Source: Octopus sinensis (taxonomy: Eukaryota). From it: a stretch of 64,000 nt of DNA. A model generated the notes under the pieces. That model was given only the letters and a program-made list of their open reading frames with translations, was not told the DNA's origin and ran no database searches. The position numbers and the translations under genes are program-made. The DNA is taken from assembly GCF_006345805.1 (NCBI RefSeq), contig NC_043003.1, forward strand, positions 116,560,001 to 116,624,000, given 5' to 3'. Of the stretch, positions 39,767 through 51,437 are shown in pieces. Numbering within the stretch: position 1 is the first letter of the stretch; each line of letters starts with the position of its first letter.

Positions 39767-39839
39767 TAAGGTCATCATTATCCTCATCATCATCATCACC
39801 ATCATCACCATCATCATCATCATCTTCGCCATCATCATC

Positions 39840-39879
<40 letters not shown>

Positions 39880-39928
39880 ACATCATCAACATCATCACCA
39901 TCATCATCAACATCATCAACATCATCAC

Positions 39929-39961
<33 letters not shown>

Positions 39962-40030
39962 TTAAATCATTATTATCATCAAGATCATCATCAACATCAA
40001 CATCATCATCAACATCATCAACATCATCAC

Positions 40031-40063
<33 letters not shown>

Positions 40064-40140
40064 TTAAATCATTATTATCATCAACATCATCATCACCATC
40101 ATCAACATCATCGTCATCATCGTCGTCGTCGTCGTCAAAT
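39495..40140. repeat. Degenerate (ATC)n array with higher-order duplications
   Basis: About 640 bp of ATC variants; the motif ATCATTTAAATCATTATTATC and a variant recur. Confidence 0.95.
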
Positions 40141-40294
40141 GCGTTTTCCAAAATAACATCGAGGACCAAAGTACAGAGAAAGTCTGATGACAGAAGGTCT
40201 GATGTCGACGGCCATTGCGCTGATGTTTTCGATGATGATGATGATGCTAATGATGAGGATGTTCATTATGATGACGAGGCGGTGGCAGAAGGTT

Positions 40295-40590
40295 ACAGTC
40301 ATTGGACTGCGGCCATGCTGGGGCACCAAATTAAAGAATTTTAGTCGCACAAAGCGACCCCAGTATCTTATTCCTTTTCGAAGTCCGTTACTTGTTTTCT
40401 TAGTAATTGTCCCATTGTGAGTGTTTGTGTGTGTATTCGACGGGCTTCTTTCAGCCTCCGTCAACCAAATACACTGACAAGGCCATGGTCGGTTCGGGGC
40501 TATAGTAGAAGACCCGAGTCCCTGGCACCACGAAGCAGGACTGAACCCGGAACCGTGTGGCTAGGAAACAAACTTTGTAGCACAGAGCCA
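40295..40590 (-). mobile_element. SINE family B, diverged
   Basis: GTCATTGGACTGCGGCCATGCTGGGGCACC tail and GGACTGAACCCGGAACC head motifs. Confidence 0.75.
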
Positions 40591-40984
40591 CGCATTTGCC
40601 TCATCACCATTCGACATAAATTTCTTTCTCTTGGAACAAGAACTTTGTGGCAATGGTGATGGTCATGTGATAGTTTTGAGGGAAAGGGAATTTTAGGGAT
40701 CTGATTGAAATGATGATGACAAAGATGAAGATGGTGATGATGATGGTTAGGGTTAGGAAATGAGGATGATGAGGATGACAACGACACGGGCGGTGATGGG
40801 GAAATTAATGATGTTGATGATGAGGAGGATGTGGTGGTGGTGGTGGTGGTGGTGGTGGAGGGAAGTTGATGCGGGAAGGAGAATGGAGATAACGAGAATG
40901 GGAAGAGGAGGTGGAGGAGAAGGAGAAGGTGGAGGAGCAGTTTATGGTGGTTGAAAAGGAAAAGAAGGGTAAGGAAAGGTGAAT

Positions 40985-41190
40985 AGTGAGAAGAATATGA
41001 AGAAGAGGAGGAAGAAGAAGAGAAAGAGAAGAAGAAGAAGAAGAAGAAGAAGAGGAAGAAAAGAAGAAGAAAAAGAGAAGAAGAAGAAGAAGAAGAGAAA
41101 GAGAAGAAGAAGAAGAAGAAGAAGAAGAAGAAGCGAAAGAGAAGAAGAAGAAGAAGAAGAAGAGAAGAAGAAGAAGAAGAAGAAAAATGT
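40985..41190. repeat. (GAA)n polypurine tract
   Basis: Direct tandem repeat. Confidence 0.95.
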
Positions 41191-41250
41191 AGTGGTCATG
41201 CTAAGCTATATGAAATTGAAAACCAGTTGAAAGGTAGAACAAAAGTAGTA

Positions 41251-41296
<46 letters not shown>

Positions 41297-41723
41297 TGCG
41301 GTTGTGTTCTTGTATTGGTAGTATATGAAAAAAAAACCACAATAATGCCCTCAATAACATTGTTCACGAAAGTAAATATTAATAAGTGCAGAATATAACT
41401 TCTACAAAGATCGCCAAACTCTCTTACATCAGAGCTTTAAACACGTCATTTGCGCGAGAGAGAAGAAGGCAAATATATTTGTATAGATTGTCATTGGTAG
41501 AGAGAACAGAACTATGTTTCAAGATATTGCCTTTGCTATTTTCATCTGACTCATTAGACGGTATAGATATTGTAAATCTAGTCGCGTTTAATTGAATTCG
41601 TTATCGTTCGCGCACAATAGGCAGCTTTAACTATTATAATAGGGTACTTGCTTCAGTTGGCAGTCAACGCGAGCGCGCGTGCACACGCACCCACACATAT
41701 GGGTGGCTGTATGTATGTATATA

Positions 41724-41891
41724 GGCGGCGAGGTGGCAGAAACGTTATCACGCCGGACGAAATGCTTAGCGGGATTTCGCCTGCCGCTACGTTCTGAGTT
41801 CAAATTCCGCCGTGGTCGACTTTGCCTTTCATCCTTTCGGGGTCGATTAGCCCCCTGTGTTTAGCCCCTGGGGGTAATAAAGAAATAGGTA
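41724..41891 (+). mobile_element. SINE family C, young subfamily, internally deleted
   Basis: GGCGGCGAGGTGGCAGAAACG...AAAGAAATAGG; flanking GTATGTATAT is duplicated. Confidence 0.85.
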
Positions 41892-41911
41892 TGTATATTC
41901 GATACATATTC

Positions 41912-41947
<36 letters not shown>

Positions 41948-42049
41948 ATATTATATATATATATATATATTTTATATACATACACATATACGCGCGTACA
42001 TTAAGGGCTTCATATTTATTCTCACTCTGTACATAGATAGATCGATAAC

Positions 42050-42104
<55 letters not shown>

Positions 42105-42345
42105 CTTTCTTTATTGGCCACAAGGGCTGAATAGAGAAGGGACAAATACAAATGCAGTAAAATTCCGATCAAAAGGAATCGGAAAGAAAAAAGGCGATCA
42201 AAAGGTATCGTGTATCACAGAAGAATTTTAAAAATGCAAAAACCAAGATTAAGTTTATCCGTGGAAAGAAAAGTCTACGGAAAAGACCACGGTAACCTCA
42301 GGCAGGAAGGGAATAAATACGAGAGCAAAGTGCTCTCTCTCTTTT
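42105..42345 (-). mobile_element. Probable L1/Tx1-type LINE 3' end
   Basis: Minus strand ends TTTGTCCCTTCTCTATTCAGCCCTTGTGGCCAATAAAGAAA before (CTAT)n; a fragment recurs at about 45325-45360. Clade call is recalled, not searched. Confidence 0.45.
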
Positions 42346-42558
42346 TCCAATTTACAGGATCATGCTCTAAGTGGTTTGGGCACTTGCACGCACCATCTTT
42401 CCTACATTCAACCACCTTTTTTTTAAAACTTTCACGAAACAAGACCCGTCTCTCCATTAAATGCTTATATAATATTGTGTTAATTGTTTATAAAATGAAT
42501 AAAAGATTTTTAAAATTGACAACTTTTATTATATTCCTTATATATAATATAGTTTGGG

Positions 42559-42840
42559 AATTTGGTTTGCAAGATTCTTTATGTGAGTTCGTTTCTTGAA
42601 GCATATTCTGTTGTGTCTGGGGAGAGTCATTCTCTTTTGGTGCCTTATAATTTAACACACTCACCGGTAAAATTCCCACATATTTCTTATTTTTTCATTT
42701 TTCTAAAGTTTTCGTTGCATCTTTGCAACCTTTTCAAGACGCAACGAAAATTTTAGGAAAATAAGAAAAAAGAAAGAAGTGAAAATTTTACCTGTGAGTG
42801 TGTTAAATTATAAAGCACCAAAAGAGAATGACTCTCCCCA
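42559..42840. repeat. Tail-to-tail inverted pair of the same terminal module as at 5.9 kb
   Basis: 42617-42730 is inverted at 42736-42840. Confidence 0.8.
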
Positions 42841-43371
42841 AACACATCAGAATTATATATAATGTTTCCGATATGAATTAATATTACTAAGAAATATTAC
42901 CGGTCCCTGGTACACTGGAAAAAAACTGCCAGTACGCCACATAAGATAGTTTGAGAAGCACTGACCTAGACTCTCCTCCTTACACTCAGGTCGTAATATT
43001 CGGGAATGATTATTTTCATTTTCCGCCATCTTAAAATCATTATTATTACTTGAACAGTTCGTCAGAAATGAAAAATTATTACATAAAGATATTCTAACGC
43101 TGTTTTTACATCGACCTCGCTCTGATTACACCCCCATTCTCACTCCGGTCCCCACCTCAGTGTACTTCTATTCATATCACTATGTATGTATGCATGCATT
43201 CATGCATGTGCGTATGTATGTATATATGTATGTATTTATGCAAGTACACAAACGTATACACTCATACTCCATATTTCTCAACGCCACCGTTAATATGGTA
43301 GGTGCAAAAATGAAAAAATAATCTTTATCAAAAAGAAAAGTGTTTATCATAAAACTGAAAGAAAATGTTTA

Positions 43372-43815
43372 GGATCTTTTCGGTTTGAACGGCAGTTTTT
43401 TCTAGCGGTGTCATATGAAATTATCACTCATAATTATGACCCTAGTATCGATCTATTGCATTTCAATCTGTTTTAGGGTTAAGGTTAGTTAGGGTTAGGG
43501 TTAGGGGTGGGGGAAGGGTACCTTTTTTTCTTCACAAATGTAAATAAACCAATCTGTTTCTTAAACGAGGGACATATTCATACGGACGGCACAGAATGTT
43601 TTTTTTACCTCAATAGACGTCAGTGATTGGTTGATTGAATTGAAATTGGCAGAATTGAAGAAAAAACATCAAATATCTTACAAACTATAGAATTTTCTCA
43701 ATAAAGCCAAGAGAATAAGATGCTTTATAAACACATTCTACCAATATACGAAGTTTAAAATTTTTTAGTTACCTAGAAATTATGTTAAAAACTGCCGTTC
43801 AAACCGAAAAGATCC
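43372..43815. mobile_element. Merlin-like MITE with internal TTAGGG repeats
   Basis: 29-bp TIRs GGATCTTTTCGGTTTGAACGGCAGTTTTT; 8-bp TSD AATGTTTA. Confidence 0.85.
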
Positions 43816-44655
43816 AATGTTTATTCTTGAAATTTCTTCTTAAGAAAACTTATGATTAAATAAATTTGACATTTTCAAGATTTGAACGCTGAAGTAAAGC
43901 ATTCGGAAGAAATATTGTTAGTCATTTTAGACCGACATTGAAACACTGCTGCCACTAGTTAATATAATCCTTAAAACATAGAGTGATGAGAGAAGAAATC
44001 CGTTCGGACGTCGATTACTTAAGCAATGCTGAACTGGAATTGAAAAATCAACAACTGTCATTATAAAAACGGTGGGGCTATTTATCTGTCTTTCTCATTA
44101 AAGAGAGAGTTCAAATCATTTCCACTAAACTACCGAGGTTTTGTGCAATAAGAAACGAAATATAGACACGACTTCCGTTAGCTGCAAATATAGCAGTTCA
44201 CATTACAACCACGATTTCGTGAAATGTTTCCTGACTGACACCGAAATGTTATTGATGTTGTTTTAATTTTAGATCCCGAAAGGAAAGAAATCGGATATAA
44301 TTTTCTCGTATCTTCGGATATTGAAGATCTTCTCTTATTTAACTTTGGTGTGTTTCTAAGAATGAGAATGAAATCAACCACAAAGCAATATGGTAATGAA
44401 GTCAAAGCGATTTCCTTGAAATTTCTTCCCCTTGTCAGAGGACAACGCTCTGCTATATTGTCTAGAAGTTCACTTCGCTAGTAAGACATTCAGGTTTCGA
44501 TCCTGCCTTCGGCATATTGCTCCTAGAGTCCTGTTTATTTTTTGTTTTGTTTTTTTTTTCGCCGTCACAATTATATTAGGTAAATTCTTAGAGTGGAAAC
44601 TATATGGACAACCGTTTTGAACATATATATATATACATATATATATATACATACA

Positions 44656-44741
<86 letters not shown>

Positions 44742-45040
44742 GTATGTATATATATATGTATGTATGTATATATATGCACACACACATATATATACATATA
44801 CATATACATACATATATATATATACTACTACTACTACTACTTCTAATATGAGGATACAACTTTATTTAAAAATGTTATCATTGGCCGGCATATCAAAAAT
44901 ACAATTATAGATAAAGGGAAAAGAAACATCTTTCTTTGCCAATATGCTGAAAAATAGACAGTAAATCGTCTAACCACATAGATTATTCACTTATATTATA
45001 TATATATATATATATATATAAAACACCTTTTGTGATGCCC

Positions 45041-45102
<62 letters not shown>

Positions 45103-45639
45103 TATTATTATTAATATTATGTTTTTTTCGTATTATTTTTGTACTTATATTCGTGTAACATCGTCCGTTTTTCCGTCCTTGTTTCGTATACATTCGAAGC
45201 TTTTTTCCAAGGAAACAATACGAAAGTGCTGCCAAGTGGAAGTGTTAGATATGCATACGGCGCCAGAAAATAGTGCTGTACACATTTGGGCGGTATCTAA
45301 GCATAACTGAGCACATACTCTGCATTTGCATTTGTCCCTTCTCTATTCAGCCCTGTGTGACCAATTCTAGCGATTTGGATGGGCGGTAATTAGTCGGTAT
45401 ATTCACTCACAATAATTGACAGTTCATATTTTTTATAACTGTAATTTGTTTTATCGACCCAAGAAGAATAACCCACAAAACTGACTTCGGTGGTGTTTGA
45501 ACCCAGAACGTAAAAAGCCAGAAAATATAATGCAATGCAATTTTTCAGACGTTCTTATAATTCTCCAACCTACAAATCATTAATTAAAGTAACAATCAAT
45601 AGTCATTATATAAGTATACGCTACACGGTTACTTTGGTT

Positions 45640-46020
45640 TCCAATTTTAGCACATGGCCAGCGGTCCCGAGGGAGTAGGTAAGTCGATTTCAGCGACCCC
45701 AGTGACCAACTGGTACTTATTAGCGGCGAGCTGGCAGAAACGTTAGCATGCCGGGCGAAATGCCTAGCGTTATTTCGTCTGCGTTACGTTGTGAGTTCAA
45801 ATTCCGCCGATGTCGACTTTGCCTTTCATCCTTTCGGGGTCGATAAATTAAGTACCAGTTACGCTCTGGGGTCGATGTAATCGACTTAATACCTATGCCT
45901 GTCCTTGTTTGTCCCCTCTGTGTTTAGCCCCTTGTGGGTAATAAAGAAATAGGTACTTATTTTTACTGACCCCAAAAGCGGGCAAAATACCGCTAACCAT
46001 TCTGCCAGCTCACCGCCTTC
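45640..46020. mobile_element. Young SINE C (+, about 45722-45952) nested in an older SINE C (-)
   Basis: The target GGTACTTATT is duplicated on both sides of the young copy; the host halves rejoin. Confidence 0.85.
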
Positions 46021-46261
46021 ACACCACGGTTATATTGAGAAAACCTAATCGTGAAATGTATATAAAAGAGAAGGCTGAATGAGCGAAACACTTGTTGAAT
46101 TTAATACGATTATTTGTCCAGGACTATTCTTGTTCCCCGTCAAAGAAATCTAATCTAATCTCTTGATATTGTTATCAAGAACCACCAGGAGAGCAAATTC
46201 CTTTCAAAATATCGATCCACGTAGACGCAGTGTGTGTGAGTGTGTGTGTGTGAGTGTGTGT

Positions 46262-46311
<50 letters not shown>

Positions 46312-46639
46312 TGTGTGTGTTTACCACTAATTTAACAGAATTCTGTTAATGATTTAATGCTTTAATTATCCGTTATGCAAAGCGACAGAATGCGTTGTGC
46401 AAAGCGCTAAACATACGTAAAAATATCGAAATAAACATTGTAAAGAATACGACAGGTATTTTCTTTTCTTTTCTTTTCTTTTCTTTTTCTTTTCTTTTTT
46501 TGCAGTAATTAGATTTAGATTTCGATTATACTAAGAATAATCTTTCGAGCACAGCAATTCGTTCGTCGACAGTTGCATTTAAGGAGAAGTAAAAGTTTAT
46601 ATCGATTGCATACTACATATAAAAATCTCTCTCTTTTTT

Positions 46640-46825
46640 TTTTATCTTTTACTTGTTTCAGTCATTAGGCTGCGGCCGTGCTGGGGCACCACCTTCAAGT
46701 GTTTTCACTCAAATGTATCGACCCCGGTACTTAAATATTTTAAAGCTTGGTACATATTCTGTCATGGAGTGGAGCTGAACTCGGAACCATGTGGCTGGGA
46801 AGCAGGTTTCTTACCACACAGCCAC
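46640..46825 (-). mobile_element. SINE family B, internally deleted
   Basis: Tail and head motifs with the middle missing. Confidence 0.65.
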
Positions 46826-46909
46826 TAATAAAGTTTAAACGATGACACTTCAAAAATAAATCGAAGAGAATCGAAAGTCTGCATTCGTCACAATCTCCAG
46901 ATGCAGTTT

Positions 46910-47332
46910 GGATCTTTTCGGTTTGAACGGCAGTTTTTCTAGCGGTGTCATATGAAATTGTCACCCATAAATATGACCCTAGTATCGATCTATTGCATTT
47001 CAATCTGTTTTAGGGTTAGGGTTAGGGTTTGGGGTGGGGGGAAGGGTATCTTTTATTTCTTCACAAATGTAAATAAACCCAATCTGTTTCTTAAACGAGG
47101 GACATATTCATACAGCACAGAATGTTTTTTACCTCAATAGACGTCACTGATTGGTTGAAATTGCAGAAATTGAAGAAAAAAAACAACAAATATCTTACAA
47201 ACTATAGAATTTTCTCAATAAAGCCAAGAGAAAAAGATGTTTTATAAACACATTCTACCAGTATACGAAGTTTAAAATTTTTTAGTTACCTAGAAATTAT
47301 GTTAAAAACTGCCGTTCAAACCGAAAACATCC
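46910..47332. mobile_element. Merlin-like MITE, second copy
   Basis: Same TIRs (one mismatch) and body as 43372-43815; 8-bp TSD TGCAGTTT. Confidence 0.85.
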
Positions 47333-47590
47333 TGCAGTTTGTTTGTTTCGAGCTGCTAAATTTAGGGAATTCTACGATGATTTAAAGTTCTGTTTATATG
47401 TTTTGTTTTCGTTTTCCGCTTCTTTACTTGCATCCCAATCTTTATATTCAGTTCTTTATATTTAGATATACCTTACCACGGGTAGTGCTGCGGTATGGGC
47501 ATTCGGAAATACGCAAACATTCACAAACACACACACACACATACACACACTGAAACGCACACACACACATGTATTATACATATACACATA

Positions 47591-48020
47591 GGAGGCGCAG
47601 GAGTGGATGTGTGGTAAGTAGCTTGCTTACCAACCACATGGTTCCGGGTTCAGTCCCACTGTGTGGCATCTTGGGCAAGTGTCTTCTGCTATAGCCTCGG
47701 GCCGACCAATGCCTTGTGAGTGGATTTGATAGATGGAAACTGAAAGAAGCCTGTCGTATATATATATATATATATGTATATGTATTTGAGTGTATATGTT
47801 TGTGTGTCTGTGTTTGTCTCTCTAGCATTCCTTGACAACCGATGCTGGTGTGTTTACGTCCCCGTCACTGAGCGGTTCGGCAAAAGAGACCGAGAGAATA
47901 AGTAGTAGGTTTACAAAGAATAAGTCCCGGGGTCGATTTGCTCGACTAAAGGCGGTGCTCCAGCAGGGCCGCAGTCAAATGACTGAAACAAGTAAAAGAG
48001 TAAAAGAGAGAGTAAAGAGT
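47591..48020 (+). mobile_element. SINE family B, full length
   Basis: Head, central domain, internal (TA)n(TG)n, (AAAAGAGT)n tail. Confidence 0.9.
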
Positions 48021-48588
48021 ATGTCTGATGTTTGTGTGAATGGGTGCAAGTGTTCATGCATGTGCGTGTGTGCGTGTGTGCGTGTATGTGTGTGTGCGTG
48101 TGTGCGTGTGTACGTGTGAGAGTCATCACTATTGTTCACGTGATCAACTTCATTTACTTTCCATATTCTTCAGCGTTTTCTTCTATTCCTTCTCAACCAA
48201 TTAGACTCTTCTTCTCCCCTAAACTATCCCCTTAACTGTAGTTCCATCCCTTAATTATTTGTCATTTCCAGCCTATTTCGACAGTCCCTTATTTTCAAAA
48301 TCCCTTCCTCTCCACTCAGCGTTTATTTTTCTCAATAAATGTATTTAAGCAGTCACTCACTCTCTCCCTCCCTCTGCCGCTATCTCTCTCCATACTGCCT
48401 CTCCCTCTCCCTCTCCCCCTCGCACTTTTTCTCTATATTTTCCTCTTTATATATTTCTCACATTTTAATCTCCTACCCTTTCCCCTTTTTGTCCGCGTTT
48501 TTTTTTCTTTTCATTGTTCTCAAATGTTATATTAACATCTCATCCCTCATTCCTGATCCTGTTCTCAGATTCCTTACCCTGATATTTC

Positions 48589-48623
<35 letters not shown>

Positions 48624-48851
48624 CACACACACTCGGACGCACGCACATACACACACACACACACGCTTAGACAAACACGCATAGACATACACTCATAACT
48701 GTACGCACATCTAGGCAGTCACACGAACCTTCTACACTAACAAGCATCGCGTCCCATCACCAATGCTGATTAACCGAGCCATTTAAAATAGATGTCGATC
48801 CTGTCAGTGGGACTAATTCAAGGCTGGGTCGAGTGTTTCTCGTCTTGACAG

Positions 48852-48975
48852 CTGCAAACGTACAATGATCTACTTAAGAGGATCCATCGGACTTCCTATC
48901 TGCAACAAGATCATGCGACCTGCACCCACTTGCGTTATTGTCATTCAGGCACAACTTTCGTGATCCAATCAAGCA
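48852..48975 (+). other. Candidate 124-nt internal exon, unidentified
   Basis: TTTCTCGTCTTGACAG| ... |GTGAGT with one fully open frame LQTYNDLLKRIHRTSYLQQDHATCTHLRYCHSGTTFVIQSS; no homology recognised. Confidence 0.25.
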
Positions 48976-49390
48976 GTGAGTGCTAGCAGGCCTGTGTTCT
49001 TTTTATCTCGGAAACTAGATATTTTCTATTATATTTCAGATCCGAGGTTCCAAAGGTTAGCGTAATGTATACATGTACACATACATAGAAACATTGATAC
49101 GTGTGCCTGTATAGCAGGTATATATGTTTCACACTTATAAACACACACGCAAACACATACACACACGCACATACGAACATATACGTGCACACACAGAGTT
49201 TTTGAGTGTGAATGTGTGTGTCAGAATTATTATATATGTACATTTGCATATAGATGGCATTTTACTCATGTAAAGACTTTTGGAGGAACGTGAGTGGGGG
49301 AAGTGTATCGTTGCCAGGGCCTCTGTCTGTGTTTGTTCGTAAGCATGTGTGCGTGTGTGTATGTGTGTGTGTATGTGTGTGTGTGTGCGC

Positions 49391-49463
<73 letters not shown>

Positions 49464-49659
49464 ATATGTTTACGTGTGACAACATTAATTAAACACATAC
49501 CAAAATAAGGCAGATGTTCAAGTCTTTTGTTCCGTTACAAACATGGATGCAGGAAAATATTTCTTTAAGAAAAAAGGATTTAAAAAAAGAAAAGATCCTT
49601 GATGGCCATTTTACTAGGGTGAGTCACTGGAATAATGTTTACCTCTCAAACCCTCTTTC

Positions 49660-49927
49660 ATGGGGCCGAAGAGATGATAGTCTGACGAGGAGGTGAAAAC
49701 TGTAGTGAAGAAGTGGCTCAAAGAACAGTCAACAGAATAATACGAGGCAAGGATACACGCTCTCATTTGAAGGTGGAACTTTGCTATTTAGAGAGACTGT
49801 GACTATATTGAGAAGTAGGGATGTGATCCACAGAGGACCAGCTTCATTTTGATGTATGATAGATGTTTCTCTTTTGGTAATTATACCTGTCCTAAACAAA
49901 ATGGCATTACTTTTTGACTCACCTTCG
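49660..49927 (+). mobile_element. mariner 3' end
   Basis: EVKTVVKKWLKEQSTE.YEA.IHALI..W and terminal TTACTTTTTGACTCACCTTCG|TA. Confidence 0.8.
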
Positions 49928-50344
49928 TACTTCTCTTCTCGGGTTGTAAATTTTGTGGGAATTTGCAGCTTTATACGCAAAACGAAAAAAAAAAAAGAAC
50001 GCGAGTAAGAGTTGTAAACATGTAAACAACCTAATACCGAGACAGGAATGAGAAAATTCATATACAGACATTTGGAGCTGTGCAACTCTGAGATAATTGT
50101 ATGCGTATATTTGTTTATATATATATCTATATATATTCGTCAAAGCATGTACAAACATAAGCAGAAGTGAGTAAACACCTCAGAAAATCAAATTATAAAT
50201 GTTCAAGAAAATACAAGAGTTGAAGACCAACTTTAAATATTGATTTAAATATTTTGCGGTCCAAGAATAGAAACCAAATCTCACAAATTCAAAATTTTGC
50301 AAAGCAGAAACAACAACTGCGTTGGAAATATAATTTTCATCTTT

Positions 50345-50513
50345 TTCTTTATTTTACTCAATTCTGTTATTAGACTCCGGCCATACTGGAGCACTACCTT
50401 GAAGCAGTTTTAATCCATCGAGTTGATCCTCGTATAATTTTTTTTCTATGCCTGGTACTTATTCCATCGGTATCTTCTGATGAACCGCTATGTTACGTGG
50501 ACGGAAACACACC

Positions 50514-50551
<38 letters not shown>

Positions 50552-50760
50552 CACACATACGCACACACACACACATATATATATATATTCATATATACGG
50601 CGAGCTTGCTTCTTTCAGTTTCCGCCTACTAAGTCCACTGACAAGGCTTTGGTCGACCCGAGGCCCTACTAGAAAATACCTACCGACTATGTTACCCAGT
50701 GAGGCTGATTCTAGAACCATGTGGCTATGAAGCAAGTTTCTTGCCACACAACCATACCTG
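50345..50760 (-). mobile_element. SINE family B, diverged
   Basis: Colinear family B motifs around an internal (CA)n(TA)n. Confidence 0.75.
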
Positions 50761-51222
50761 CTTCCATGGGAAATTATAGAAATAAATTTTAAAGTCCTCT
50801 AAATAACATGGAATCCCAAAGTACTTTTATTAAACAATAAAAAACAAGAAAATTACATTTCAAACTGAAACGGGGAAGGAACAAACACTAACAAATGGAA
50901 GTACCAAATCTACTGCGACTACATTTAAAACCTCGTCCAGAGGTCTGAAGTATCCATTGGAACCAAACACACACGAATACCAAACAGTAAGATGGTAGCA
51001 ATAAATCTATTTGATATACACAGACTAAAATTTATATCTCAACACACGAAGATCTACTTACAAAGAAATTGGGTCCAATGAGAATTTTGTAGAAAATTAA
51101 GGTAAAAAAAAATTAAAAAAGAATTATTAGAAAAGAATAAAGACGATGAATTCTTTTCTATATTTAAGCTATGAGGAATTATTTACATTTGACGGATATT
51201 TGTCCTCATCTTGTTTGTTGTT

Positions 51223-51268
51223 AACACAACGTTTCGGCTGATATACCCTCCAGCCTTCATCGGGTGTC
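51223..51268 (-). ncRNA. Minimal type I hammerhead ribozyme (U4C, extra A)
   Basis: GACAC-CCGATGA-A-GGCTG-GAGGGTATAT-CAGCC-GAA-ACGT-T-GTGTT. Confidence 0.75.
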
Positions 51269-51363
51269 TTGGGGAAATTTCGAACCTGGGTTCTCATTCC
51301 TAAGGTATTTTTCGATTTAATTGTTATTATTAATAATAATAATGACTATTATTATTATTATTC

Positions 51364-51437
51364 AGGTGACTGATCTAGAATCGAACTCGAAATCTTGTGG
51401 GTAGTAGACGGCGCTCTTAACCACTACGCCATATGCC
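51364..51437 (-). promoter_or_regulatory. tRNA-like Pol III internal promoter (A and B boxes) in the PLE 3' region
   Basis: GGCATA-TGGCGTAGTGG-TTAAGAGCGCC...GAGTTCGATTC; followed by (AAT)n. Confidence 0.7.

Noticed and set aside
42895-42968. hAT-like right end TTTGAGAAGCACTG
   Set aside because: No matching left TIR or TSD found, so the element cannot be delimited.
50476-50505. CTGATGA...GGAAAC inside SINE B; also CTGACGA in mariner at 49683 and CTGATGA at 40184
   Set aside because: Chance matches without the required stems.
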